From assembly GCA_964400355.1 (NCBI GenBank), contig CAYNTO010000011.1, positions 8,992 through 72,991 on the forward strand: 64,000 nt of DNA, read 5' to 3'. The notes beneath the pieces were generated by a model that saw only the letters and a program-made list of their open reading frames with translations, did not search any database and was not told the DNA's origin. This document shows positions 8,454 to 18,358 of the stretch, in pieces. A program made the position numbers and the translations under genes. This DNA comes from an uncultured Pseudobdellovibrionaceae bacterium (GTDB lineage Bacteria > Bdellovibrionota > Bdellovibrionia > Bdellovibrionales > JAGQZY01). The number at the start of each line of letters is the position of its first letter. Position 1 is the stretch's first letter.

Positions 8454-8558
8454 CGGTGCTCTATTTTTGGATAGTCTGTGATTGTGAAAATCTGTTCACA
8501 AGCGCTTTCGGTAGCGGTTTTTAGTTGAGCGAGAGTGCCTCTAACAGTACAACAAGCT

Positions 8559-10289
8559 ATGCGCATTTTATGTCTATTAACGCTCACACTACTCACCGCA
8601 TGCGCACATAAAACCAAAAAAATCTGCGATCACATTGAGTTGCGCGAAGGCCAGTTGTCCATAGGCCGCAATGAAGAGGTATTGGTTTGCGGCTCTGATA
8701 AAGGTGGTGAGGGTTGGAAGCGCGTTCCATTGCCGCAGGCTCAGTACCAGCTCTCAGTGTATCTCAACAACGACGGCTATTTAAACCCGCGGTTTGAACG
8801 CGACAAAGACCAACTGCATGTATGGTCGGGTCCGCGCACGGAGATAAAATCCTTCCAGGTGATCGGTGCCGATGCTCAACTGGATCCGAGCAAAAAACGC
8901 AAAATTGTCGGAGAGCCATTGGAGCCAGCACGTCTCGATGAGGTTCAGCAGTGGGCAGAGACCGGACTGCGCAATCGAGGTCATGCTTGCCCCTCGGTTT
9001 CAGTGGAGGCGCAAGCGTGGGACAGCAAAGTGATCGCCACTGCGCAACCGGGCCCTGTGCAACGCATCCGCAGTTTGCGTCGTATCGGCTTTGATGTTTT
9101 TGATCAGGAATATCTGAAGCGCTATGAGGCCTTTGATATAGGCGACGAGTATGATGCGCGCGAAATGCAGCTGACGGCGGCGCGCATGTTGAGCGACGGC
9201 TTTATACAGAGCGCGAATTTTGAAACAGTCTGCGATGAGAATCACGTCGATCTCACCTTGCGCGGAAGTGTTGGCCCACCGAAACTTTTTCGCTTTGAAG
9301 TTGGCGCGTCCACGGAACAGTTTCCATTTGGAAAAGTCACTTTTAAAAATGTGCGTCTCGACGACAAAGCCTCGTCGTTTACGGCCATACTTTTTGGTTC
9401 TCCTCGCGAACAGAGTTTGAGTGCATCGTCTCAGTTGTATTGGCTCCCGGGTTCGACGCGAACTTTTTTGGGACCGCGTGCGCAAGTCGGGCGTTTCAAT
9501 GAAGACGCTTACGAGTATCTCGAGGCCAAGGCGGGCGGCGACCTGGGCCGCTTCTGGGATCTTTGGGATATCCGTTTTGTGGGTCGAGTGGGACCCACCG
9601 TGAATTATCTCGAGACCAAACAAGGTGTGGGCCCGAGCAACGTCTCCTATTTGTCGTGGGGTGGATCGCTCGAAGCCATGAGCCACAACTATGAAAGCAC
9701 TCTGCGCACTCAGTTTGAAGGATGGACGGGCGCTTTTCGCTATCGTGGTCAGCGCGAAGGTTTGGGATCCGAAATCAGCGTCAATCGCTACGATGTGGCC
9801 TACAAAGGTTTGTGGAACATGGGCAACTACGCCCCACCTCTTTTTGTTTTGGGGTTCCGCTTTGACGTCAACGGCGTAGATGCGGACGAGGCTTTGCCAG
9901 GACAAAACCCCGATGACCTCGTTCCTATCGATTACCGGGTGTTTTACGGTGGTGCAGACAATCTGCGTGGATTTGCGCGGAAGAGTTTATCCAACAATGA
10001 ACTGGGTTACCTAACGGGCGCCTACGCGGGAATGGAGCTGCGACTTGTGGGCGAAGTTCCCTACAATATTGAACCGCTCCTCCTTTACGATGTGGCACAA
10101 CTGGGTAAACGGGGTATGGAATTCGACGATCCGGTGTACACATCGGCCGGAGTGGGAGTGCGCTGGGCCTCTCCGTTTGGAACACTCCGCGGGTCGGCGG
10201 CAAAAGGAGAAATCCATAGCGGCGACGCCTCAACTGCAGGTTATAAACAGGAGTGGGTTTATTTTGTGAGCTTTGGACAGGAGTTTTGA
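8559..10289 (+). CDS. tamA: TamA/BamA-family outer-membrane protein (translocation and assembly module, Omp85)
   Basis: ORF 8535-10289. ATG 8559 gives the signal peptide MRILCLLTLTLLTAC. It has POTRA-like N-terminal repeats and an Omp85 C-terminal barrel ('RVFYGGADNLRGF', terminal '..FVSFGQEF'). Its stop overlaps the tamB start. Confidence 0.75.
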   Translation: MRILCLLTLTLLTACAHKTKKICDHIELREGQLSIGRNEEVLVCGSDKGGEGWKRVPLPQAQYQLSVYLNNDGYLNPRFERDKDQLHVWSGPRTEIKSFQVIGADAQLDPSKKRKIVGEPLEPARLDEVQQWAETGLRNRGHACPSVSVEAQAWDSKVIATAQPGPVQRIRSLRRIGFDVFDQEYLKRYEAFDIGDEYDAREMQLTAARMLSDGFIQSANFETVCDENHVDLTLRGSVGPPKLFRFEVGASTEQFPFGKVTFKNVRLDDKASSFTAILFGSPREQSLSASSQLYWLPGSTRTFLGPRAQVGRFNEDAYEYLEAKAGGDLGRFWDLWDIRFVGRVGPTVNYLETKQGVGPSNVSYLSWGGSLEAMSHNYESTLRTQFEGWTGAFRYRGQREGLGSEISVNRYDVAYKGLWNMGNYAPPLFVLGFRFDVNGVDADEALPGQNPDDLVPIDYRVFYGGADNLRGFARKSLSNNELGYLTGAYAGMELRLVGEVPYNIEPLLLYDVAQLGKRGMEFDDPVYTSAGVGVRWASPFGTLRGSAAKGEIHSGDASTAGYKQEWVYFVSFGQEF

Positions 10290-12754
10290 TGGTAAAGTTT
10301 CCATCCATGGCAAAATTACTAGTGGTTACTAAGTACAGCGCCATAGCACTTATGTCGATGCTGTTAGCGGCCTTTATTTTTTCCTCTGCGGTGGTGTTTT
10401 GGATTTTGTATCACCCGGCATCGGCCTGGAATTTTGCAAGTCGCTATTTTTTGCCCGAAGATCTCAAGGTGACCTGGGAATCCATGGAATACAATTGGCG
10501 CATGAACAGTTGGCGCGAGTGGAATTATGAGTGGGCGACAAAAAAGCTCGAGATCACCAAGGTTTCGCCGCAGATGGATGTGGGTGTTATCGAAGCCGAG
10601 GTGCAATGGTCTATCAACTTATGGACGGGCAAGCCCTTTTTGGAGTTCAAAACTTTTTCGTTATCGACTCGCGAAAATTCTTTTGTGCAAATACTACCGT
10701 CTAGTGACTCTTCACCGGAACGCAGTATTTATCAAATGGCCAATGACTATTTAGGGTACTTATCTCAGACCAATCATCTATCGGCCATTAAAGTTGTCAA
10801 CGTATCGGTTTCCACTTTTGAACTGCGGTTTCTAGAGGGCGCTCCGTGGGTTTTGCAGGCCTCCATTTTTAAGAACTACGACACTGCCGAAAAAGAGGAA
10901 ATTCATTTTTCCGCGAAGGCCGAGTCGGACACGTTGTCCATTCAAGGCAAGGGTTTTATAAATGGCGATAATTTTGATACAGATCAAAACTTTTTAGGTT
11001 TTGATGTTGAGGCCAAGGACACCGCGTGGGCCGTTGAGGGGAACTGGGTGGGCGTGTTTAAAGAAGACCGCGTGGTTGTCAAAGGGAAGCCAAACATTTC
11101 CGTAGGCGAAAAGAATAAAACGCGCATACAGCCCGATCTGGTGCTCACCCTTGAGGAGAATGGACTGGATTTGCAATCGTCCATGAAGGTCACTGGTATT
11201 CCCGGTCCGATTGTTCATTTGGACCGTATGAAACTCCAGGTTCACATGCCGCTTGAAGACGATGTGTTGTGGGCCGACCAACCCACGACAGCGACGCTGG
11301 AAAGTCCGGTGGACATTTTTATGATCGATAAAAATATGCGTCCGCCCTTAGAAAAAGCCTGTAAATGCAAACTGCCCGAAGAATTTATGGTGCGCGCTTC
11401 TGCAAAAGCGTGGATGAATGTGGTTTTTGGTGAACCCCAAGATCGGAAAAAAGCGGCGGAGCTTGCGGTTTCCTTGGACAGTGTTAAAAACAAATTATTT
11501 TCTGTGGATGCATCGGCGAGCGCCGAGATATTTAAACAGCTCCAACAATGGACGTTTGAGCCGCGTGTAAAAGCCGATGCCATGGTCCACAGTTTTCAGG
11601 GCCTCCGCTATTTCCTCGACGCCAAGGGAGTTATCATTCCGGCACCGCTCGATATTCTCGAGGGCACGTTGGCGATAAAGGCCGATAGTCCCATAGCTCG
11701 CGATGCCATCAGCAGCACTGCGAATGTGAGTCTGGATCTCGACTTAAAATCGGCCACCCAGGCTGTGCTGGTGAGTTCCGATGTGCAAGTGAGACTCGCC
11801 AATACATTTAAAGCTTTGGAATTGGATGTCGATGCGATTATTAAAAAACTCACTCTCGAACTACCACCACTCGATCCCGTGCTGGGAATTCCTGCTGTTA
11901 CCCGCGACAACCGTATACTCAAGGCCCCAGTGGAAAAATCGGCGCGACCGTCGTTTGTGGTCAACATTATCACTCACGTGGCCACCGAGAGTGCTGGTGC
12001 AATTCGGCTCCTGAGCAAATATGCGAAACCTTATGTGCCCGTGTCCGTAGCGGTGAATACGCGCAACTCCAATGCGTCGGGGTATGTGCGGCTCGAGCCG
12101 TTTAAAGTGAGCTATCTGCGCCGCGATCTTTACGTTGAAAATTTCCAGTTGGCCGTGGCCCAAAACGCCGACGAAGAGCTCCCGCTCAGTGGCCGCTTTC
12201 GAATTGAACAGGGTGGCTACAAAATTTTTCTCACACTTAAAGGAACTACCGAATCGCCCTCCGTGGCATTTACGAGTGAGCCAGTACTCTCCAAAGACGA
12301 CATCATCTCGGTATTGCTTTACGGGCGTGTCGCGGATCAACTGGTTTCCGCAGAGGCGGAGACTGCGGGGAACTTCAATGCGGCAATGACCGATCGAGCG
12401 ATTGGCTTGTTTGGGTTGTGGGCTTTTGCGTCCACGCCGATTCAAAGTTTTTCTTACAACTCGACAACAAAAGTGTACACAGCCACTGTGGATTTGGGTA
12501 AAGGACTCACCGCCGGTGTGGGCACCAACTGGGAGCAGTCGACCAATTTCGAGCTGCGCAAACGTTTATCGCGCCGCTGGATGCTGACGGCCGCATGGGC
12601 GCCGTCGTCGGCGCAGAACATACGCCAAGAAGGCCGGATCGTATTGCAATGGGAAAAACGCTACGGGCTCTCTGCGGAAGATTCGCTCAAACAGGCCGAG
12701 CAAATTGCCAGTCCTCAGCAAGAGCCTGGCACCGCGCGCACTCAAAAAAAATAA
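10289..12754 (+). CDS. tamB: TamB (translocation and assembly module inner-membrane protein, DUF490 C-terminus)
   Basis: ATG 10289 overlaps the tamA stop (TGATG). It has an N-terminal TM anchor, a long beta-rich body and a C-terminal 'SRRWMLTAAWAPSS...GRIVLQWEKRY' that is DUF490-like. Confidence 0.7.
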   Translation: MVKFPSMAKLLVVTKYSAIALMSMLLAAFIFSSAVVFWILYHPASAWNFASRYFLPEDLKVTWESMEYNWRMNSWREWNYEWATKKLEITKVSPQMDVGVIEAEVQWSINLWTGKPFLEFKTFSLSTRENSFVQILPSSDSSPERSIYQMANDYLGYLSQTNHLSAIKVVNVSVSTFELRFLEGAPWVLQASIFKNYDTAEKEEIHFSAKAESDTLSIQGKGFINGDNFDTDQNFLGFDVEAKDTAWAVEGNWVGVFKEDRVVVKGKPNISVGEKNKTRIQPDLVLTLEENGLDLQSSMKVTGIPGPIVHLDRMKLQVHMPLEDDVLWADQPTTATLESPVDIFMIDKNMRPPLEKACKCKLPEEFMVRASAKAWMNVVFGEPQDRKKAAELAVSLDSVKNKLFSVDASASAEIFKQLQQWTFEPRVKADAMVHSFQGLRYFLDAKGVIIPAPLDILEGTLAIKADSPIARDAISSTANVSLDLDLKSATQAVLVSSDVQVRLANTFKALELDVDAIIKKLTLELPPLDPVLGIPAVTRDNRILKAPVEKSARPSFVVNIITHVATESAGAIRLLSKYAKPYVPVSVAVNTRNSNASGYVRLEPFKVSYLRRDLYVENFQLAVAQNADEELPLSGRFRIEQGGYKIFLTLKGTTESPSVAFTSEPVLSKDDIISVLLYGRVADQLVSAEAETAGNFNAAMTDRAIGLFGLWAFASTPIQSFSYNSTTKVYTATVDLGKGLTAGVGTNWEQSTNFELRKRLSRRWMLTAAWAPSSAQNIRQEGRIVLQWEKRYGLSAEDSLKQAEQIASPQQEPGTARTQKK

Positions 12755-13029
12755 GCCTCCGATTTGCGGCGAGTCGCACATCATAGCCGATGGTAAAGTG
12801 TATGAACATGGTGAACAAGTAGGCACTGTAGACGATACAACGCTTATTTCTATAGCACCTAGCGGAAGTGTAGCTTATCACTACAACCTGAGGCTTGTTC
12901 CGGCAGCCGATGGCACCATGGAACTAGAATCCGAATACGGCGCCCAGAACTTTTTGGGCACGCTTATGACGGTAGCACGTTTGCGTCGTCAATAAAAAAG
13001 CGCTCGGTCAAAATCGATAAATTCCCAGT

Positions 13030-15129
13030 TTGTGCATGACCCGATTGCCGGCGTTTCTGTATACTTTTTTATCTTCCTCAAAAGCAATTGAGAGTAAAAA
13101 AACGAGTACTATTGTGAGCTATTGGCTTCAGAATTTAAATCCGGAGCAGCGAGATGCTGTCTCTCACAGTCACGGTCCACTGCTGATTCTTGCCGGTGCG
13201 GGTTCCGGTAAAACCACTGTGCTTGTTTCGCGCACTGGGCGGTTGATTGCCGAAAAGCTCACAACTCCCGAGCGCGTCTGCGTGCTCACTTTTACCAACA
13301 AAGCCGCACAGGAATTGCGCCATAGAGTTTCTAAAAAATTGGGGGCTCAGGCCAACAAGGTGTGGGCGGGAACGTTTCACGGATTTGGCCTTCAGTTTCT
13401 AAAAGAAAACTGGAAGCAGGCGGGGCTGCCACAGCGATTCGGCGTGATCGATGGTAGCGACGGCGTAGGCATTCTCAAAGATTTATTGAGAGATATTAAA
13501 GTTTATGAAAAAGCGCAAATGAACCTGGAACTGCTTATGGCCAAGATTGCGCTGATTCGACAAAACGGGCACGGCGAGGCCCACGATGCCACTCCCGAGG
13601 GCGCCGCCAGTGAAATCCTGGCGCCCAAATACGTGCGACGTATGCGCGATCTAGGGGTGGTGGATTTTGAGGAATTGCTGCTTCGACCTCTGGCCATGCT
13701 CAAAAAATTTCCCGAGCTCAAAGAGAAAATGCAAAACCGCTTCGATTTTGTGATGGTCGATGAGTTCCAGGATACCAACTCCGTACAAATGAAGCTCGTC
13801 GATTTGCTCTCTGAAAAACACCGCAACATTGCCGTGGTCGGCGACGATGATCAGTCGATTTACGGATGGCGTGGTGCGGAAATTCAAAATATTTTGAGCT
13901 TTCCAAAACGATTTGAAAACTGCACGGTGATTCGCCTCGAGCGCAATTATCGATCCTCGGAAAAAATTCTTGCACTCGCAAACGCGGTGATCGCTAACAA
14001 CAAGACCCGCCACGGAAAAATTCTTCGCGCTGGGGTCGAAAACCCCGGCGACATTCCCGAACTTTTTGTGTACGAAAACGAAATGACCGAGGTGGAAGAG
14101 ATCGTGCGCGAGCTCAATGCGTTTCATAGCCAGGGCTATCGGTGGCGGGACATGGCTTTACTTTATCGCTCTAACTCTCAAGGTGGGCTTATGGAGGGCG
14201 GACTGCGTTCGGCAGATATTCCCTACAAACTCACCGGTGGTACCGCACTCTTCGATCGAAAAGAAGCCAAAGACACTTTGGCCTTTGTGCGCTCCAGTCT
14301 TTATCCCAATGAGGTGAGCTTTCGCCGCATCCTCAATTTGCCAGCGCGCGGGGTCGGTGAAAAAACCATCGAAGATATCGAGGCCGTCAATGATGGCAAG
14401 TGGCCGTTTCACAAACAAGCCAAAGAGTGGGCGCTTGCCAATAAGGGCGAAAAAGCGGGACAGTCTATTTTAGATTTGTTTGAATTTTTAGAAGATCTCA
14501 AAGCTCAACTGGTGAGCTCCGCCTCTTCGGCCGAAGAGGTTCTCAACGAGCAACTAGGAAAGTTGGGATACCGCCACTACGTCAACAGCAGTTACCGCGA
14601 TCTCCAAGCTGCGGACAGTCGGTGGCTTTCGGTAAATATCCTGGGGCGAATTCTCGATGGAATGTTCCATCGCCATGGGCGATCCATCGACACGCTGGAA
14701 AAATTTATCGATGGTATGGAACTCCGCGATCCGGGGACTGATGGCGATGGCGAGCAGGCCGACGAAGTACAGATGATGACGTTGCACGCGTGCAAGGGTT
14801 TGGAGTTTCCAATGGTATTTTTGTTGGGTGTCGAGGAGGAGATTCTCCCCCATGCGCGCTTAGGACTCAATATCGACGAAGAGCGCCGACTTTTTTACGT
14901 CGGTGTGACCCGAGCGCAAAAGCATCTGATTCTCACCCGAGTTCGCCAGCGCAAACGCTACGGCAAATTTCAGCTGGTGAGTCCATCGCGCTTTCTGGTG
15001 GAACTCGATCCCAAGCTCTACTCCGAGATGCACGATTCCAGACCGGTGGCGCCCGACAAGCGTCAGGATCTGTTGGCTGACCTTTTTAAAAAGCTCGAAC
15101 AAAAACGCAAAGACCAAGAGGTCTTATAA
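13030..15129 (+). CDS. UvrD/Rep/PcrA-family ATP-dependent DNA helicase
   Basis: Walker A 'AGAGSGKTTVL', 'VDEFQDTN', 'GDDDQSIYGWRGA', 'TLHACKGLEF' and 'YVGVTRA' are present. The true start is probably later (ATG 13036 or GTG 13114, just before 'LNPEQRDAV'). Confidence 0.9.
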   Translation: MCMTRLPAFLYTFLSSSKAIESKKTSTIVSYWLQNLNPEQRDAVSHSHGPLLILAGAGSGKTTVLVSRTGRLIAEKLTTPERVCVLTFTNKAAQELRHRVSKKLGAQANKVWAGTFHGFGLQFLKENWKQAGLPQRFGVIDGSDGVGILKDLLRDIKVYEKAQMNLELLMAKIALIRQNGHGEAHDATPEGAASEILAPKYVRRMRDLGVVDFEELLLRPLAMLKKFPELKEKMQNRFDFVMVDEFQDTNSVQMKLVDLLSEKHRNIAVVGDDDQSIYGWRGAEIQNILSFPKRFENCTVIRLERNYRSSEKILALANAVIANNKTRHGKILRAGVENPGDIPELFVYENEMTEVEEIVRELNAFHSQGYRWRDMALLYRSNSQGGLMEGGLRSADIPYKLTGGTALFDRKEAKDTLAFVRSSLYPNEVSFRRILNLPARGVGEKTIEDIEAVNDGKWPFHKQAKEWALANKGEKAGQSILDLFEFLEDLKAQLVSSASSAEEVLNEQLGKLGYRHYVNSSYRDLQAADSRWLSVNILGRILDGMFHRHGRSIDTLEKFIDGMELRDPGTDGDGEQADEVQMMTLHACKGLEFPMVFLLGVEEEILPHARLGLNIDEERRLFYVGVTRAQKHLILTRVRQRKRYGKFQLVSPSRFLVELDPKLYSEMHDSRPVAPDKRQDLLADLFKKLEQKRKDQEVL

Positions 15130-15146
15130 CGATAGGGTGATTGCAG

Positions 15147-15932
15147 ATGATGTGGGTGTGGATACTCTTTGCTACAATTTTTTCTCATGGCGGGGCGCCC
15201 GATTTATCTTTGGGTTTTGCGGGGCGCACTTTTCCGATCGCAGGCCAGCTGGAGGCCATTGGCGGTTATGGGCATGTCCTCTGGGGCGATACGGGTGATT
15301 TGCAGGCGTCGACTCCAACGGCCACTCCTCAGGCCAGCAACCCATGGTATGGATTTGTGCGGCCGTCGTTAACGGTGCGCGGGCCAACCACTCCCACCGG
15401 GCTTGTCGCGCTCGATGTGTTTCCGGTTTCTTTTTTTGGATTTACAGTGGGACGCTCCTACATGCTGCGCTTGGTGGAGCAACCAGAAATCGATTGCAGT
15501 GCGGCCGAGTGTTTAGAATGGATGAAGTACACCTACGCGCAGGTGCGCGGATATGCCAAATGGAAGAACATGTTTTTTACAATCCTCTATGAACGTACCT
15601 TTTACGACAGTATGGACGATCTCACCCGCCCTCTGTTCCAATCGAACAATGCGGTCATGCAAGATCCAAGTGGTGACAATGGCGACGAAGTGTTTTCGAA
15701 CATCGGCTATGAATGGAATGATCAGTGGAGCAGCGGGGTCACTCTTCAGTATTTTTCTCCCGACATAAGCGACAATCGCCAAGAGATGCAAATAGGATTT
15801 GTGCGCTATTTTCAGAATGGCTGGACGTGGACCGTCGGTGCTGGCCGCTTTTACTCCTCGCCTCTGGGCACTGGATTAGAGCTGGTGGGGATGGTTTCTT
15901 GGGACATTCAAAGACGCTTGGGATACCGCTAG
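15147..15932 (+). CDS. hypothetical secreted / possible outer-membrane beta-rich protein
   Basis: ORF 15141-15932. ATG 15147 follows the RBS-like AGGGTGA. It has a hydrophobic leader and alternating aromatic/Gly-rich beta-like segments. Confidence 0.45.
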   Translation: MMWVWILFATIFSHGGAPDLSLGFAGRTFPIAGQLEAIGGYGHVLWGDTGDLQASTPTATPQASNPWYGFVRPSLTVRGPTTPTGLVALDVFPVSFFGFTVGRSYMLRLVEQPEIDCSAAECLEWMKYTYAQVRGYAKWKNMFFTILYERTFYDSMDDLTRPLFQSNNAVMQDPSGDNGDEVFSNIGYEWNDQWSSGVTLQYFSPDISDNRQEMQIGFVRYFQNGWTWTVGAGRFYSSPLGTGLELVGMVSWDIQRRLGYR

Positions 15933-15989
15933 TAATAAGCAATGGATGCCGGTGTTGCGTCGGTACCGCGCAGGGTTTAAAATAGCGGC

Positions 15990-17015
15990 ATGAAGAACCT
16001 TTCTACCACGGCCATTTCTGTTCTCGATCTCGCCAAAGTTTCCAACAACGAAACCATTGCCCAAACTTATGCGCATTCCAAAGAGTTAGCGCAAACGGTT
16101 GAGCGTTTGGGATATAAACGTTTTTGGTTGGCCGAACACCACAACATCGCAGGCATAGCGAGCGCCGCGACACCGTTGCTCATTGGATTTATCGCTGAGA
16201 ATACGAAAACCATTCGTGTGGGTTCGGGAGGTATCATGCTCCCCAATCATTCACCTTTGGTGGTGGCCGAACAATTTGGAACATTGGAATCGCTCTATCC
16301 TGGGCGCATAGATTTAGGATTGGGACGTGCGCCAGGTACTGACCAAACCACAATGCGCGCAGTTCGCCGTTACCACGCCACCACAGAGGTGGATTTTGGC
16401 GAAATGGTAAAAGAGCTGGTTCATTATTTTGCGGAACCACAAACCCACCAAAAAGTGCGAGCCGTACCGGGCGCGGGAATGGACATACCACTTTATATTT
16501 TGGGTTCCAGCCTCTACAGTGCTCAATTGGCGGCACAGCTGGGGAGACCTTATGCATTTGCGGGCCACTTTGCTCCAGCTCTGATGATGCAGGCGTTTCA
16601 GATGTATAGGAGTTTGTTCCAGCCCTCTAAGTACTTGCAGAAACCGTATGTGATGCTGGGTATACCGGTGATTGCAGGAGCCAACGATGAAGAGGCCGAT
16701 TATTTATCATCCAGTCTCAAGCAAGCCTTCTTAGGGATGGTGCGCGGAAATCGCAAACTCTCATCGCCTCCGGTTCGCGATATGGATTCGGTTTGGAGTC
16801 CACAGGAAAAACTTGCGGTAGAGTCCATGCTGCACATGTTGGTCACTGGGGGACCGCGGCGGGTGCGCGAAGAACTGGATCGAGTGATCGCATTTACGGG
16901 CGCGGACGAATTGATCATTACCTCGGACACCTACGACAAAGCAGATCGGCTTCGTTCTTTTGCTCACATTGCAGAGGCCAAAGCACTGTCATTGGAAAAA
17001 GGAATTGCTCCCTAA
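15990..17015 (+). CDS. LLM-class (luciferase-like) flavin-dependent oxidoreductase
   Basis: 'GYKRFWLAEHHN..GIASAATPLLIGFIAENTKTIRVGSGGIMLPNHSPLVVAEQFGTLESLYPGRIDLGLGRAPG' is characteristic of the YhbW/LLM family. Confidence 0.85.
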   Translation: MKNLSTTAISVLDLAKVSNNETIAQTYAHSKELAQTVERLGYKRFWLAEHHNIAGIASAATPLLIGFIAENTKTIRVGSGGIMLPNHSPLVVAEQFGTLESLYPGRIDLGLGRAPGTDQTTMRAVRRYHATTEVDFGEMVKELVHYFAEPQTHQKVRAVPGAGMDIPLYILGSSLYSAQLAAQLGRPYAFAGHFAPALMMQAFQMYRSLFQPSKYLQKPYVMLGIPVIAGANDEEADYLSSSLKQAFLGMVRGNRKLSSPPVRDMDSVWSPQEKLAVESMLHMLVTGGPRRVREELDRVIAFTGADELIITSDTYDKADRLRSFAHIAEAKALSLEKGIAP

Positions 17016-17788
17016 TGTTGTGGACCCAATACCTTCATTCCCTATGGAATACTTTTTGGTTTTGGGTTCGGCGAAACTTGCGCTTTCGACGAGGCGGGTA
17101 TTCGGAATCGACTTCGGTGCCGCCGCAGTTTTCAGAGGCCGCCGCGCAAACCAATGAGAAATACAATTTCACTTCGATAGGACAGCGGTTAGCACCTCAA
17201 CACTGGCATCGCAACTTGGCAACGCTGTGGTATATGGAACAAATGTTTGAGAGCGTTCAGTTCCCCCCGTTGATAACAATTTTGGAACCCGGATGCCAAA
17301 ATTTTTCGCGGCTTCCGGCGCTGCGTGAATTTTTTCGCCTACGGGGTGTGGTGGCCACGATCGTGGGAATTGAACTCGATGCGTTTGTACCCTTGAGGGG
17401 CTTTCATTCGCTGTGGGATCACGCTCAGTATTACATCTCCTTGCACAAAGACGAATCGCGGTTTGAAGCTCAGGATTTTTTTAAATGGGACGAGCCTTCG
17501 GAAGTGATAGTCTGTTTTTATCCGTTTGTTTCAACGGAGCCAGCATTGGCATGGGGCCTGCCGGCCCAAGTCGCTGGTGCACAAAAATGGGTAGAGGCCT
17601 TTTCGAAAAACTTAAAGCCCGGTGGATATGTGTTAGTGGTTCACCAGGGTGATTGGGAAGAAAAAGATTTTGATGAGGCCCGTGAAAACTCGCCGTTAGA
17701 GCTCCGCCATCGCCAAGTACTGACGTGCCCATTTTTCTCCACCAAGCACCCGGCCCATGGTTCACTTTACCAAAAGCGAGTTCATTGA
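17015..17788 (+). CDS. putative class I SAM-dependent methyltransferase-like protein
   Basis: ATG 17015 overlaps the upstream stop (TAATG). 'ILEPGCQNF' is motif-I-like and 'LKPGGYVLVVH' resembles a later motif. The N-terminal part of track ORF 16793 overlaps the LLM gene and is discounted. Confidence 0.4.
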   Translation: MLWTQYLHSLWNTFWFWVRRNLRFRRGGYSESTSVPPQFSEAAAQTNEKYNFTSIGQRLAPQHWHRNLATLWYMEQMFESVQFPPLITILEPGCQNFSRLPALREFFRLRGVVATIVGIELDAFVPLRGFHSLWDHAQYYISLHKDESRFEAQDFFKWDEPSEVIVCFYPFVSTEPALAWGLPAQVAGAQKWVEAFSKNLKPGGYVLVVHQGDWEEKDFDEARENSPLELRHRQVLTCPFFSTKHPAHGSLYQKRVH

Positions 17789-17872
17789 CATCGGGCGCGA
17801 TGAGTTGCAATTGGCCAGAGTTGATTTTTTAAGAAGCGATGGTAGGATCCAGGCTCTTCTAGGGGGGCTATT

Positions 17873-18277
17873 ATGCTGTCTTTTTTATTAAATATGTTCT
17901 TACCGACAGCGTTTGCTCTTTCAGTCATTGTTGAGCACCCAGATAAGGGGATCATTGTCGACGAACAGATCTCTTTAAACGCGGCGAGCACCGTAGGCCA
18001 AGTGACTCTGGATGTTCTCACGGCCAAGGCCATCGCCTTCGACGGCAGTGAACTGGGGTTTTCCTCGATCGATGGTTTGGAGCAACGTCTCGATATTTTG
18101 TCGAAAACAGAGATGAAAGCCTATGGCTGGTGCTATTCGGTGGACGGCGAGGTTGTAGAAACCTTGGCGCACCAGACACAGCTCGATGATTCGAGCCAAC
18201 TCCGTTGGTTTTATGCTTTTGCTCATTATCAAGCCGGTGTGTGGGTCAGCCAGTGCGAAGAGGCCACACACAACTGA
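17873..18277 (+). CDS. secreted DUF4430-like protein
   Basis: 134 aa with a signal peptide. 'AYGWCYSVDGEVVETLAHQTQLDDSSQLRWFY' resembles the DUF4430 'GW.Y.VNG......dy.l..gD.i.w.Y' motif. Confidence 0.45.
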   Translation: MLSFLLNMFLPTAFALSVIVEHPDKGIIVDEQISLNAASTVGQVTLDVLTAKAIAFDGSELGFSSIDGLEQRLDILSKTEMKAYGWCYSVDGEVVETLAHQTQLDDSSQLRWFYAFAHYQAGVWVSQCEEATHN

Positions 18278-18358
18278 TGAGTTTGGTGGCACATTGACAG
18301 CGTGAGACTTTCCACTGAGAGGGAGTCGTGGAAGTATATCTTCTTTTAAGGAGTCGGC

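Noticed and set aside
9000-9905. 301-aa ORF antisense to tamA
   Set aside because: It lies entirely inside the well-supported TamA/Omp85 frame. Its composition is Arg/Ala-rich, typical of antisense frames in GC-rich coding DNA, and it has no motifs.
16793-17014. N-terminal extension of track ORF 16793-17788
   Set aside because: It overlaps the 3' end of the LLM oxidoreductase in another frame. An ATG at 17015 overlapping the LLM stop (TAATG) gives a sensible start, and the extension is Arg/Gly-rich nonsense.
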